A DNA stretch of 64,000 nt, taken from the IMG/VR virus record IMGVR_UViG_3300049043_000112, positions 124,001 to 188,000 of that record; one strand, written 5' to 3'. The first letter of the stretch is position 1. Every line of letters starts with the position of its first letter. Below the pieces are notes generated by a model that had not been told where the DNA came from, searched no databases, and saw only the letters and a program-made list of their open reading frames with translations. Shown piece after piece: positions 12,101 through 22,376 of the stretch. The position numbers were made by a program, and so were the translations under genes.

Positions 12101-15100
12101 AACAAATCCATTGGTGATGGATAATTGTTTGTTTGTTGTGACTGTAAATTGATTGTAATCTAGTTTTTCTTTTACAACATATTCACCAACTTTATTGTAA
12201 GAAGAATCTAGAATTTGGAATTTATTTCCTGACAACAATCCATGTGCAGCAGTTGTTCTAACTGTTGTAATTCCAGATGTATTATCATAATAAGTCAATA
12301 GAACACGTGAAGATGGTCCAACAACAAACGCATATTGTGTTGGTAAAATATCAGGATCACCTGCAGTCTTTGCAACTGCAACTTGAGTTGAAGAAGGTAT
12401 TGAGGTAATTAAATAGTGATTACTTGCGGTTGTTCCTATACCAGTCATTTGAACAACATCGCCAACATTTGTTGAAATTCCTGTTGTGGCGATTGTATAT
12501 CTTGCAGCACCGTTTCCTGCACCGATTACAGTCTGATCAAAATACAATCCTGCTGCACTGTAACCAGATCCTGGTGCAATAATATCAACTGTTGTAACTG
12601 CACCACCAGAAATAACAACTTTTGCTGTTGCACCATTCCAAGTTCCAGTTTGAGAACTGTTCAGAAGTTTTACATTGTAATAAGTTCCGTTGTTATATCC
12701 ACTACCACCAGTAACTGTTCCTGTTGCAATTCCGGAAAGACCATGGAATCTAGGGAAAGTGATTGTTGCTGTGCCACCACCAGTCGAAACAGAAGAAATC
12801 GTAAGACCAAGACCAACGGATTTTAGAAGAAGATCTGCACTTTCTCTAGTAATGCTATTCTTCAGATCGTTTGTAACGATTGCACCGATTGGAGAACGCT
12901 TTGCAAATGTTTTTGCTGCTGGTGGATTTGAGTTAACATTATCTCTATCTAATTCAGGATAAAGATTTGTTGCTAACTGACTGAATTCAAGATTTGTGAA
13001 TTCAGCATTCATTGCATTGCTTGCATTTAACACATAAACGTGATAAATGCCATCTTGCTGATTGTAAATGTATGGAGAAATTGTATCATAATCATAGATA
13101 TACAGATTGCTTTGGAAATCATTTCTTTCAAATCTTGGCAGATTTGTACTTCTAATTCCAACATTGTTTGCAAAGGTTCCTACAAGATGTGAAGTTCCAT
13201 TAATATCAGTCTGCCCATACTGGAATGAATAAGAGTTTGGAATTCCCGTAACCACGAATGAACCATTATATCCACTGTTTCCAGCCCCAGTTGCATTTGT
13301 ACTGGATTGAACATTCTTAATGTTAATGATATCACCAACTTGAACATTGTGAGGAAGTTCTGTCAATACTGTGATTGTTCCAGAACTTGATGAACACGTT
13401 GCAATAAATCTTGGATTTTTATTGTATTCATAATCTGTACTTGCAATGCTAGTTCTGGTAAAATCAAAGTTATTTCTTGCACCAGTTGTACTGGATTCTT
13501 GAATTACAAAACCTATTTCAGGGTTTCTAGCATTTTCTTGCTCTTTTGGAATAACAACACGAACCTTATAAAGTCTTTCGTCCAAACTTCTTTGGTCAAT
13601 AACTCTCTTAAGATATCCAAGTTCTCTGGTTGAAGAGTATGAAGGAATTGAATCATTTACAAATGCATTATAAATTTCATTGCTTGCATTAACGTGAACA
13701 AACCAATTTCTATTCAGAGCATCATATTGAATTGGAGAACCAAGATCACCAGAATCTTTATCAGATACTCGACTTAAAATATGAAGTTTTGTTCCACCAT
13801 ATAAAGTAATTGCTTGTCCTTGAGTTGCGTTTGTAAATGAAGATGCTAGTTTAACAGTGTTATTGTCACCATTATTGATGGCATAATATGTTACGTGTTC
13901 GTTGATGTTTTCAGGAAGATCGCCATCGTCACTGATGATTTTAACTTTTTCACCAGTTAATAGATTGTTCGCGCCAATTGTGAATGAATTTGATGATGGA
14001 GCAGAGGTAACATCATAAATTTTTACTGCGCTTGTAGTTCCAATTGCTGTTGTAATTCCACTAGTGCTGATTGCGTTATCGCACATGTGAATGGATGCTG
14101 AATATGTTGATCCAGCAGATACTAAGTATAAGGTGTCATTTGTCTTTGCACCAACTCTACATCCTTGTGCTTGAGATGGTGGTGGAACATCTACTGAATT
14201 AAATCCAAAGAGATAAAGATGACTTGAAATTCCAACAGACTTGGTTAATGCATCATCAAATGATAACCACTGAACTTCTGTCTCTGTTTCCGAAACTGCT
14301 CTTGGAGGTAAAACTGAAGTAATAAAAGCTTTATTATCTTTTCCAAATGCTTCTCTTTTAAAACCAGTTGCAGTCAATGAAATCTGACCGAAGTTGGAGT
14401 TAGAGTTTGTAATTGATCCATCACCACCAGATGTTGCATCAAAGTGACGATTAAATCCAATTGCAAAAACAGAAACGATTTGAATGAAACTATCGTTTGA
14501 AATCTTGATATGACTGGTTTCCCATCCACTGCGATAAACAGCATCAGGATCTAAGTGATAAACTTTCGTAGAATCTGTTTGTGATGCACCATCTGGTAAT
14601 GATGATCCATAAACAGTGGTATAATTTACACCTTGATATGTTCTAGAAGATTTGTCATATTTTACAAAAGCACGATCATCTTTTTGAAGAGAAATTGCCG
14701 TGAATTGTGCAACAACTGTACTTCTAAATCCAGCAGACTTATTACCATCGGCATGAAGTCCATTCATACCCCATACTGAACGTAAGGAGCAGTTGAAGAT
14801 ATATGGAGATGCTCCAGAAACAGTGTCAGTTTCAACAGTAACAGTTGCCGAAGCAGCACTGGGACTTGGATTGATATTTGGATATGAGGAAAGTGATGGT
14901 AAAAGGTAAGTAAAAGTTGTGGCATCTACAACGTTCTGAACGATTGTAGAAATATTGTATGGAGCAACCACACCAGAACCACTAACTCCTTTAATCTTAA
15001 TTGGAGTGCCTTGGTTAAGATTATGAGGAACAGCAGTAGTGACAGTTACAACACTGGTTGGTGTTGCACCGTTTCCAGAAATAATTGATGAAATACTGAT

Positions 15101-15971
15101 TGGATTCTGAAGCAAACGCACCAACAATTTGCCATTCTGGATTTCTTTTATTAAATCCACGTGGAGAACTTGGAAACTTTTGATCAATATCACGATATGA
15201 ATTATAAGCATTGGATACTTTACTATAATACATATCAAGGTCTGTCAGACCAGTTGTAGCACCATTTGATAATGTAATTTGATTTACACCATCACAGAAT
15301 TCAAAACACGTTAGTTTATGGTGAGAAAAGTTTGGTGTTGAACGATAATTTGACGCAAAGTTATCAGGATTTGTATAAACTACATCTGTTGAATCGGCAT
15401 CAAAGAATGAAAACTGCCAGAAATAACAAGCACCAGTAATTCTAAAAATTGCAGAGTTTTCTACTGTTGCATCAGTAGGATTTGGAACATATTTTGGACG
15501 AAGTTTTGTTTTACGGAGATTTAATCCAACAATCGAAGTTCCTCTTGGAACTACAACACCACCATAAATACTATTAAACTTATAGAGAATATTATCTTCT
15601 TGAGTTAAATCAAAATTTGAATCAAGACCTAAAGAAAGAACAGAAGCTGCAATGGATCCTACACCACCAGATCTTGGAACTGCATATGCCGTTCCACTAT
15701 TATCATAAACAGCATATCCAGGTCTGTTATCAACAATATATTCTCCAGGGAAAAGGAGAATTGTTGTTTTTTCAACTAAATCGTTATTATCTCCCTTTAC
15801 ATATGAAAATCTTGCTGCTTCTAATAAAGCACGTTGAATTGTTTTAAATGGTTGAGCAAGAGAATTTCCCTGATTTGTGATCGCATCAGTTGCATCAAGG
15901 TCATTTGGATTGACGTAGAGAATGCGACCTTCAGTGTTCTTGATAAAATTGTCTAATTTATTCAAGGGCAC
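9133..15971 (-). CDS. Giant virion/tail protein with pectin-lyase-like beta-helix regions (about 2280 aa; indels near 15100 and 10570)
   Basis: GTG start MPLNKLDNFIKNTEGRILYVNPNDLDATD...PFKTIQRAL; SGASPYIFNCSLRSVWGM; RASGHTFEYLGYGPGNYSTG; C-terminal LPSGTY...LRGNGKNTVIK beta-helix. Three overlapping ORFs (15021-15971, 10541-15238, 9133-10596) join through single indels. Confidence 0.75.
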
Positions 15972-16013
15972 GGTAATATTACTCCCTAAATTTCTTCTTA
16001 TATCCTTTATTTA

Positions 16014-16316
16014 TTAAGTCAAATCTTCCCTATCATATTCAAATTCAAGATCATCAGGAAGGTCTTCAGGGTTTTCTAACTCTACAGGAAAAAAGCAAGG
16101 ATAAGCTTCTTCATCTATCAAATAAAACGAATTTCGGTATAAGTCTTCGGGTTCATATGTACGATTCTTATCTGCTTCTCTACAAAGGTCTTGGTCGTAT
16201 AAGTGCCCTTCTGGAAGTTCATCAAAAGTGAAAGGAACGTGATTGATAAAGTACATCTTCACGATCATACTGCCATCAAGATACCAGCAGTATGCGGTGT
16301 CGATACGATAAGACAT
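16014..16316 (-). CDS. Acidic hypothetical protein of cyanophage type
   Basis: 100-aa ORF; ATAAATA late-promoter-like motif upstream (about 16338-16344). Confidence 0.7.
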   Translation of the reverse strand: MSYRIDTAYCWYLDGSMIVKMYFINHVPFTFDELPEGHLYDQDLCREADKNRTYEPEDLYRNSFYLIDEEAYPCFFPVELENPEDLPDDLEFEYDREDLT

Positions 16317-16349
16317 AGGGGTGTGCCCGATATCTTATATTTATTTTTA

Positions 16350-16433
16350 TGCGAGTAGGGAGACTTGAACTCCCACGGGCATACGCCCAACAGATTTTAA
16401 GTCTGGTGTGTCTACCGATTCCACCATACTCGC
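16350..16433 (-). tRNA. tRNA-Leu(UAA)
   Basis: GCGAGTA/TACTCGC acceptor stem, TGGTGGAATCGGTAGACAC D region, anticodon loop CTTAAAA, long variable arm, GTTCAAGTC T loop; CCA not encoded. Confidence 0.93.
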
Positions 16434-16443
16434 TTGTGGGACC

Positions 16444-16472
16444 ATTATAACTCTTAGAGTCTTAATGGTCAA
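16444..16472 (-). promoter_or_regulatory. Sigma70-type promoter for tRNA-Leu, overlapping an inverted repeat
   Basis: TTGACC-N17-TATAAT on the minus strand; GACCATTA...TAATGGTC inverted repeat spans it. Confidence 0.8.
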
Positions 16473-16473
16473 G

Positions 16474-16546
16474 TGCTGGTTGCGAGGATCGAACTCGCCT
16501 CCCATCGATTATGAGTCGATTGCATTCGCCAGATTGCTAAACCAGC
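16474..16546 (-). tRNA. tRNA with CAU anticodon (non-initiator; probably Ile2/lysidine type, alternatively elongator Met)
   Basis: GCTGGTT/AACCAGC acceptor with paired G1-C72; anticodon arm ATCGA-CTCATAA-TCGAT with C29:G41 as in tRNA-Ile2; GTTCGATC T loop. Confidence 0.88.
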
Positions 16547-16575
16547 ATTCGCTATTCGCAAATAGAGAATAGCAA

Positions 16576-16667
16576 TAGGGACACCTGGATTCGAACCAGG
16601 ACCTCGCGGTAATCTGCCGCTAATACAAGGTATAAGCTTGCTGTTCTAACCGTTGAACTATGCCCCC
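16576..16667 (-). tRNA. tRNA with Ile(UAU) anticodon and a 24-nt variable region (92 nt)
   Basis: GGGGGCA/TGTCCCT acceptor, GTTC/GAAC D stem, GCAAG-CTTATAC-CTTGT anticodon arm, variable region ATTAGCGGCAGATTACCGCGAGGT, CCTGG-TTCGAAT-CCAGG T arm. Confidence 0.88.
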
Positions 16668-16673
16668 GTACTA

Positions 16674-16844
16674 TTATGATGCTTCGTCGTGGTCTGTGTA
16701 TATTCGTAAGAGCTCTTCTTCATCATACTTTACGAGAACTACATTGCCACTTTTGTTCTCGATAAGGTAAGACTCTCCTTGTTCTACCTTATCAAGATAC
16801 TCTTCAAAATTGTTCTCTAGTTCTTCAATCGTGAGTCGTTTCAT
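16674..16844 (-). CDS. Phd/YefM-like antitoxin-domain protein (orphan)
   Basis: MKRLTIEELENNFEEYLDKVEQGESYLIENKSGNVVLV matches the Phd pattern (t.tel+.nf..ll+.v..Ge.v.I......vvl); ATG at 16844 preferred. Confidence 0.7.
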   Translation of the reverse strand: MKRLTIEELENNFEEYLDKVEQGESYLIENKSGNVVLVKYDEEELLRIYTDHDEAS

Positions 16845-17028
16845 AGATTGCAAGATCGGCGTACTCGATTTGGTCTGGTTCAAGATTGCTGGTTACAACT
16901 TCCAGCACATTCATAAATTCTTCGGTGGTGTCACACTGAACGTGCTTTTCGTTACCTTGGTCACTGATAAGCAGAAAGGACTTGGTGCATACATCAATAA
17001 CAATGCCCAGGACGCATTCAGTATTCAT
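16825..17028 (-). CDS. Small hypothetical protein
   Basis: 67-aa ORF immediately downstream of a consensus promoter. Confidence 0.7.
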   Translation of the reverse strand: MNTECVLGIVIDVCTKSFLLISDQGNEKHVQCDTTEEFMNVLEVVTSNLEPDQIEYADLAIYETTHD

Positions 17029-17054
17029 AATGTGGTTTGTTTGATTACCCCCAT

Positions 17055-17083
17055 ATTATAGGGCAGGTTAGAGCGGGTGTCAA
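17055..17083 (-). promoter_or_regulatory. Perfect-consensus sigma70 (early) promoter
   Basis: TTGACA-N17-TATAAT on the minus strand. Confidence 0.9.
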
Positions 17084-17088
17084 GGGTT

Positions 17089-17776
17089 TTAAGAATTACT
17101 TTGGATTGAGGTAATTGCCAGAGAAATTCTTGTATTTTCTTCACCCAAAATGCGAATGCTATAATTTTCACCATATCTTTGAATTTCATAATCAACTCGT
17201 TCACCTTTAATTTTATTTGATGATGAAACTAAATCAGTTAATTGTGTTCTGAGTGTTGTAATTTCAGTTTGTTTTGCAGTAATTGACGCTGCAAAACCAG
17301 CACAAACTCCACTATTACATCCAGAAGCAGGTCTAAAACACGTATTTATTGTCCCAAAAAGACTTCCAATACCAGACTGAGATGTATCATTCTGAGTATA
17401 CACCAATAAAGTTCCAATTCCAGCGTTGGAAAGACTTAAAGTACTTATAGTCACATCATAAGGACTATTTCCATCATAAGAGGAAGTACAAAGATTATAA
17501 CGGTGATTTTTAACAGTGTCTGGAAAAATATTTGTTACTCCTCCAGTCGTTCCACATCCAACAGCAAAAGCACTGGTCGATAAAGTTACAACTTCATTTT
17601 GAAGTGTTACAATGCTAGCAGCGAATCGAAACAATTCTCGTATCAATGTTTGAAGTAATACCAGAAAAAAGTCCAATATTGTTTTGAGTTTCTGGTTGCC
17701 TATCTTTTATTGATTGAATAGCATCACTATTACCAGATATTTTCTTTGAAAGAAGATCAGTTAATTCAACATTCAT
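17089..17776 (-). CDS. Hypothetical coiled-coil structural protein (indel near 17625)
   Basis: ATG at 17776 (MNVELTDLLSKKISG...) joins ORF 17089-17676 through one frameshift. Confidence 0.6.
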
Positions 17777-18425
17777 TTATTTTCTCCCATTTTTCTTTCA
17801 GTTCATCAATTTGTTTTTGTTGTTCTTTAATTGCTTCAATCAGTAGTCCAACAAGATTTCCATATTGAACACCTTTATAACCATCTGGATTTTCTCCAAC
17901 AACTTCTGGTATGACTTGTTCGACTTCTTGAGCAATGACTCCGATTTGTTTCTTTTTATCTTTGGTAAAATCAAAAGACACTCCACGAAGAGAACAAACT
18001 TTTGAAATTGGATCTGTAATGGTATGTATATTCTCTTTTAGGCGTTCGTCTGATGAAGGAAGTGCTTTTGCTTGAATAATTTCTGCTGCAACATCTCCAC
18101 ATCCTGCAAGAATAATTCTTCCGTTTACAATTAGGTTTCGATTCATCGTCACCATATTGTTAAACAAAGAAATGTTGGTAACTGTTAAATTTCTTCCTAA
18201 GAAAGTATTACCAGAAACAAAAAGATTTGGTGGTTTTGGATTTTTTTCAAGTGCATTCAGAGCAAGAGTAACATCTCCACAGATAATTGTTTCACCTAGA
18301 ATAAAAGACCCACCATAGGTAATACTATCTCCACATACGGTTAGGTTCTTATTAAAAGTAGAACTATCGTGATAATATTTCTGTTTACCAATTTCAGGTG
18401 TTAAGAAGTCAAAACTAAATGCCAT
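17766..18425 (-). CDS. Short fibre/spike protein with C-terminal peptidase S74 intramolecular chaperone
   Basis: SSDERLKENI...LRGVSF...GVIAQEVEQVIPEVV...GVQYGNLVGLLIEAIKEQQ. Confidence 0.88.
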   Translation of the reverse strand: MAFSFDFLTPEIGKQKYYHDSSTFNKNLTVCGDSITYGGSFILGETIICGDVTLALNALEKNPKPPNLFVSGNTFLGRNLTVTNISLFNNMVTMNRNLIVNGRIILAGCGDVAAEIIQAKALPSSDERLKENIHTITDPISKVCSLRGVSFDFTKDKKKQIGVIAQEVEQVIPEVVGENPDGYKGVQYGNLVGLLIEAIKEQQKQIDELKEKWEKINEC

Positions 18426-18970
18426 TATGCGATACCTATATTCACACCAACGTTACCAACATATACATCTCTAATATATTCTGCACCAATTGGAACCTTA
18501 GAAAAGCAACGGACACCAAATGTATTTTCAATTGCATTTCCAGTTAATGCTTTTTGGTCTATCTTATTTGCTTTCATTAATATTCTTCCCGAACCACACG
18601 ATGCTGTGATATTTCTTCCTGCTTTCAAATCCAAATCTTCAACTGCTTCAATCATTACACTCTTCCCTTTGATACGAATTGCACCATTTCCTTGAGCAGT
18701 GATTGTAACGTCACCATTTCTACCAACGATTACAATATCTACACTCTTACCTGAATTTTTTTCTCCAGCAGAAATTTCAATTGTTCGGTCATTGATAATT
18801 CTAAATGTACCAGATTCACTAAATGACATTAAATTAACGTCATTATTATCATTATAAGAGTAATAAGTATAAACTTGCTTTCCATCAGCACCAACTTGAA
18901 AGTCGTTGGTTGTAATTCTAAACTTTGGTCCTAGACTAAAAATATCTCTCAGCTTCGTAATTTGTTGCCA
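18425..18970 (-). CDS. gp5 C-terminal-like baseplate spike beta-helix protein (indel near the N-terminus)
   Basis: Repeated beta-strand pattern (GDVTITAQGNGAIRIKGKSVMIEAVEDLDLKAGRNI) directly downstream of gp5; probable ATG at 18970. Confidence 0.6.
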   Translation of the reverse strand, partial: WQQITKLRDIFSLGPKFRITTNDFQVGADGKQVYTYYSYNDNNDVNLMSFSESGTFRIINDRTIEISAGEKNSGKSVDIVIVGRNGDVTITAQGNGAIRIKGKSVMIEAVEDLDLKAGRNITASCGSGRILMKANKIDQKALTGNAIENTFGVRCFSKVPIGAEYIRDVYVGNVGVNIGIA

Positions 18971-18972
18971 TA

Positions 18973-21027
18973 TTATGTGATACAATCTATTTGTGTTTTA
19001 AGTTCTTTATTTGGAATGCTTAAGGAAAGACCAAGAATTGGTTTTAGAATTGCACCAGTGCCAGTTGCAGAATTGATTTCAATTGTAACGTCTTCTGCCA
19101 CTTCAATTTTATTTATTGGTGTAGCAGAAATCACAGCGCCATCATCAATCGTTAATGCATACTGGTTTCCAAGATTATCTGTTGCGGTATCTCCATTTGA
19201 ATAACCATATCCAGGAGACTGAACATAGACATCAGTGACTGCATAAGAATCAGTGTCACCAACTGGATAATTCTCTCCAGAAGAAACCATATAAACTGAA
19301 GTAACTTGCCCTTGGTCGTTGATTAATGCTCTTCCAACAGCACCATATCCCAACCCACAACTATCAACAAACTCTACAAATGGTGGTACAGTGTAACCAG
19401 AACCACCATCGGTAACAATTGTACCAATAATACTTGCAGTTCGATTAACATTATTAATTAATTCATTCGGAACGATTGAACCAAAGAGAGGAACCGCAGA
19501 AGCACCTGTTCCACCACCACCAAAAATATTTACAACTGGTGGTCCACAGGTAAATGGAATTCCTGCATAACATCCTTCTAGTCCAGATAATGCATTGTTC
19601 AAAGCAGTTTCTGGATTAAAGATATCTAAAGTCTGAGTGATATTTTCAAAACTTCCAATGTATCCTTGAGCCTGACCAGCAAGGTCTCCTGCCTGAGCAA
19701 CCATATTGTTTAGATTATTGTAGATATTTTCAAATGTAGAAATTGCATTAACACTTTGTTTTGGTCCCTGTCCAATTACATATTCCTTGGTAAGACCAGA
19801 ACACTTATTTTGATTTTGGTTACAATCAAAAAGACCACCGATTGACTTAATCAAATCACTTGTACTACGTAGGAAGTCAGCAACATCTAACGCTGTTCCC
19901 AGAATACTTGCAACACCATCTAGTGCAGTTGTTAATCCCGTTGCAATTGCATCAACAACAGCATTTAAAAGAGCACCAACAAATTGCTCTGCAGCGCAGG
20001 ATACAAAGTTTTTAACATTATCAATCAAAGATTGAAGCAGAGCTTTAACAAGTGCTTTAAGTCCATTAATGACTTGTGCAGCAACACAGGAGATTGCTTC
20101 TTCTAAAGTCTTAACAGCAGGAACAAAAGGTTCGAGTGCTGCAACACCAGCTTGTTGTGCAACTCCTGGATTTCCAGTTGCCGCTAATGTCGCACCAAAT
20201 ACAGTCTTGTATAACTTATCTAATCCTTCTGTGATTAATCCTGGTTTAGGTGGTGTTGCAGTTTCATCTCCACATAATAAAGTGAATAGACCATCAAACA
20301 TCTGACCAACTTGCCATTCAATACACGATACAATAATATCTACAACTGCATCTGCCTTTTGCTTATAATCACTTACTTTATTTTTTGCATCTTGAATATC
20401 TTTTAGAAGATTATTAATTTCATTCTTAATCGTTTTAATTGATGTATCTTCACACGTGTCTGCAAATACAACTTCCTTTCCAATACTTGTGGATGCAGAA
20501 ACCTTATTTGCTGGAGTCTTATCTGGAGGTAATAATACAGGAGATGGATTTGATTTAACGTTAGACTCACTTGTTTGGTCTGGTATTAATCGTCCATTTG
20601 GTTTTTTAATATTATCGGTATATCCAGTAAATGGAACAAATGGAGTTGTGAATTGACTATTCAGAGTTGCAATCTGTGATGTGTTGCCCAAAGCTCCCAT
20701 AATGACCGGAACTTGAGCATTATCACCATCTAGGAAAAATCCAATTACAACATCACCTGGACTTACTTTTGGATTAACTGCATAATTTGCTGCACCAGTT
20801 CCTGCCGTTGTAGGCAGCATAACCTGTGCCCAAGGTAAGTCATCATTTGGAAGATCTTCTAGACTATAAGGATGATAACCAATAATTCTAACCTTATATC
20901 TGTGACCCCAACCCTGCCCCTCAGAAACTTGCCCCTTCATAGTAGATATTGGAGCAATCTGCCCTATCCACCAACGGAAACCATCTCTTCCTATAAAATT
21001 ACTTTGGAGTAGTGATTGATTTAACAT
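18973..21027 (-). CDS. gp5: Baseplate hub subunit, gp5-like (N-terminal OB fold)
   Basis: FIGRDGFRWWIGQ...RYKVRIIGYH...DLPWAQVMLP...GDVVIGFFLDGDNAQVPVIMG. Confidence 0.88.
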   Translation of the reverse strand: MLNQSLLQSNFIGRDGFRWWIGQIAPISTMKGQVSEGQGWGHRYKVRIIGYHPYSLEDLPNDDLPWAQVMLPTTAGTGAANYAVNPKVSPGDVVIGFFLDGDNAQVPVIMGALGNTSQIATLNSQFTTPFVPFTGYTDNIKKPNGRLIPDQTSESNVKSNPSPVLLPPDKTPANKVSASTSIGKEVVFADTCEDTSIKTIKNEINNLLKDIQDAKNKVSDYKQKADAVVDIIVSCIEWQVGQMFDGLFTLLCGDETATPPKPGLITEGLDKLYKTVFGATLAATGNPGVAQQAGVAALEPFVPAVKTLEEAISCVAAQVINGLKALVKALLQSLIDNVKNFVSCAAEQFVGALLNAVVDAIATGLTTALDGVASILGTALDVADFLRSTSDLIKSIGGLFDCNQNQNKCSGLTKEYVIGQGPKQSVNAISTFENIYNNLNNMVAQAGDLAGQAQGYIGSFENITQTLDIFNPETALNNALSGLEGCYAGIPFTCGPPVVNIFGGGGTGASAVPLFGSIVPNELINNVNRTASIIGTIVTDGGSGYTVPPFVEFVDSCGLGYGAVGRALINDQGQVTSVYMVSSGENYPVGDTDSYAVTDVYVQSPGYGYSNGDTATDNLGNQYALTIDDGAVISATPINKIEVAEDVTIEINSATGTGAILKPILGLSLSIPNKELKTQIDCIT

Positions 21028-22376
21028 TTATTTTTTAATTCCAAATGTATCTCTAATTAATTTAAGTGATGTATATGAATTCCTAGTATCAAAATGATGA
21101 CACACTTCTTTAATCATATATAGACCACCTTTTTGAGTGTCATCATATTCTCTTGCATCACCTCTTGTAATTTTTGGAAACTGGCATTCAATCAAATCAC
21201 CTGCTCTTAAATTTGTATTTGAAGGAATCATTACACTTAATGATTGAGTGAATAAAGTATTATATCTCATTAATGCTTGAGATTGATATTTTGATTGGTC
21301 GGAATTAATTGCTGTCGAAACTCCTGGATCTAGTGTCCCAATATCATAAACAGCAGTGATAATTCTAGAAGGAACATCTGCTAATGTCTTATCTGACCCT
21401 TTTGTAACAGGAGGTAAGTCTATTTTTTCAGTTCCTAATCTTGTTGCCTTTCCCTTGTAATTATTTTGATCATAAATTGGATTAGAAAATGTATGACGTA
21501 ATGGATCAAAGAACATTCGATTACTTGAATATGTTCCTAATCTTAGTTTTTCAATTAGGTTTTGATTTTTTTCTGTTCTATAGCTTAAAATTTTAAAATC
21601 ATTATCTACTTTATTTAAATCTGTATCATAAGATTGTGTTGCTTCACTGTAAATAAGAACAATTGGATTACCATTTATATCCTTTCTTGGTTTTTGCTGA
21701 TTTAAATTATCAATACCACGAAACTGAAATCCATCTACAGTTTGATAAAAGAAAAATCCAGCAGTAGCATCACCAGTTTCAGGAATGTATGGAACAGATT
21801 TGGATGCTAACCAGGTTAAAACTGTAAATGGTTTTCTTAAATTGCCAATAAAAGAATATTTGTTTGAAGTCTGATCAATTTTACCAATTGTATTTGCCTT
21901 TAAGACATCGGTAAGAATTTTATTGACTGACTCATTAATTGGTAAATTTGAATACTTTTTAGAAACTCTAGATGTTTCATTTGTAATTGCTTCTCGTGAA
22001 ACTAGATTTAAAGTAAAACTTTCTCGATTGTTTTCAGAAATTACATCAGTAATGCTTGAAACATACAAATATTTTTTGAATTTGTGGAAAAATCTAGTCC
22101 TGGATTTTTATTTGAATTTGGAGCAATTTTAATCGAAACTCTTTCCCCACCTCTTAAAGGAAGTCCTTCATAAAGAGATTGTTTCTGTGCTGTTTTGCTG
22201 TCTGCACCAACAATCGTACTACCAGTATTAATAACTCTTATCTTTGCAGTAATCGTAGGAGAAAATACATCTTCATAATAATCAATCATTGCAGATCCAG
22301 AGGTAATATCTACTGTCCTCTGACCATCTGTTGACTCGATTAGTATTTCTTCAAATATTGACTGCTTAATTGACAT
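21028..22376 (-). CDS. Baseplate hub protein, gp27-like (indel near 22070)
   Basis: IDYYEDVFSPTITA, LPLRGGERV, FFFYQTVDGFQFR, NLRAGDLIEC, GLYMIKEVCHHF...LKLIRD; located just upstream of gp5. Confidence 0.75.
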
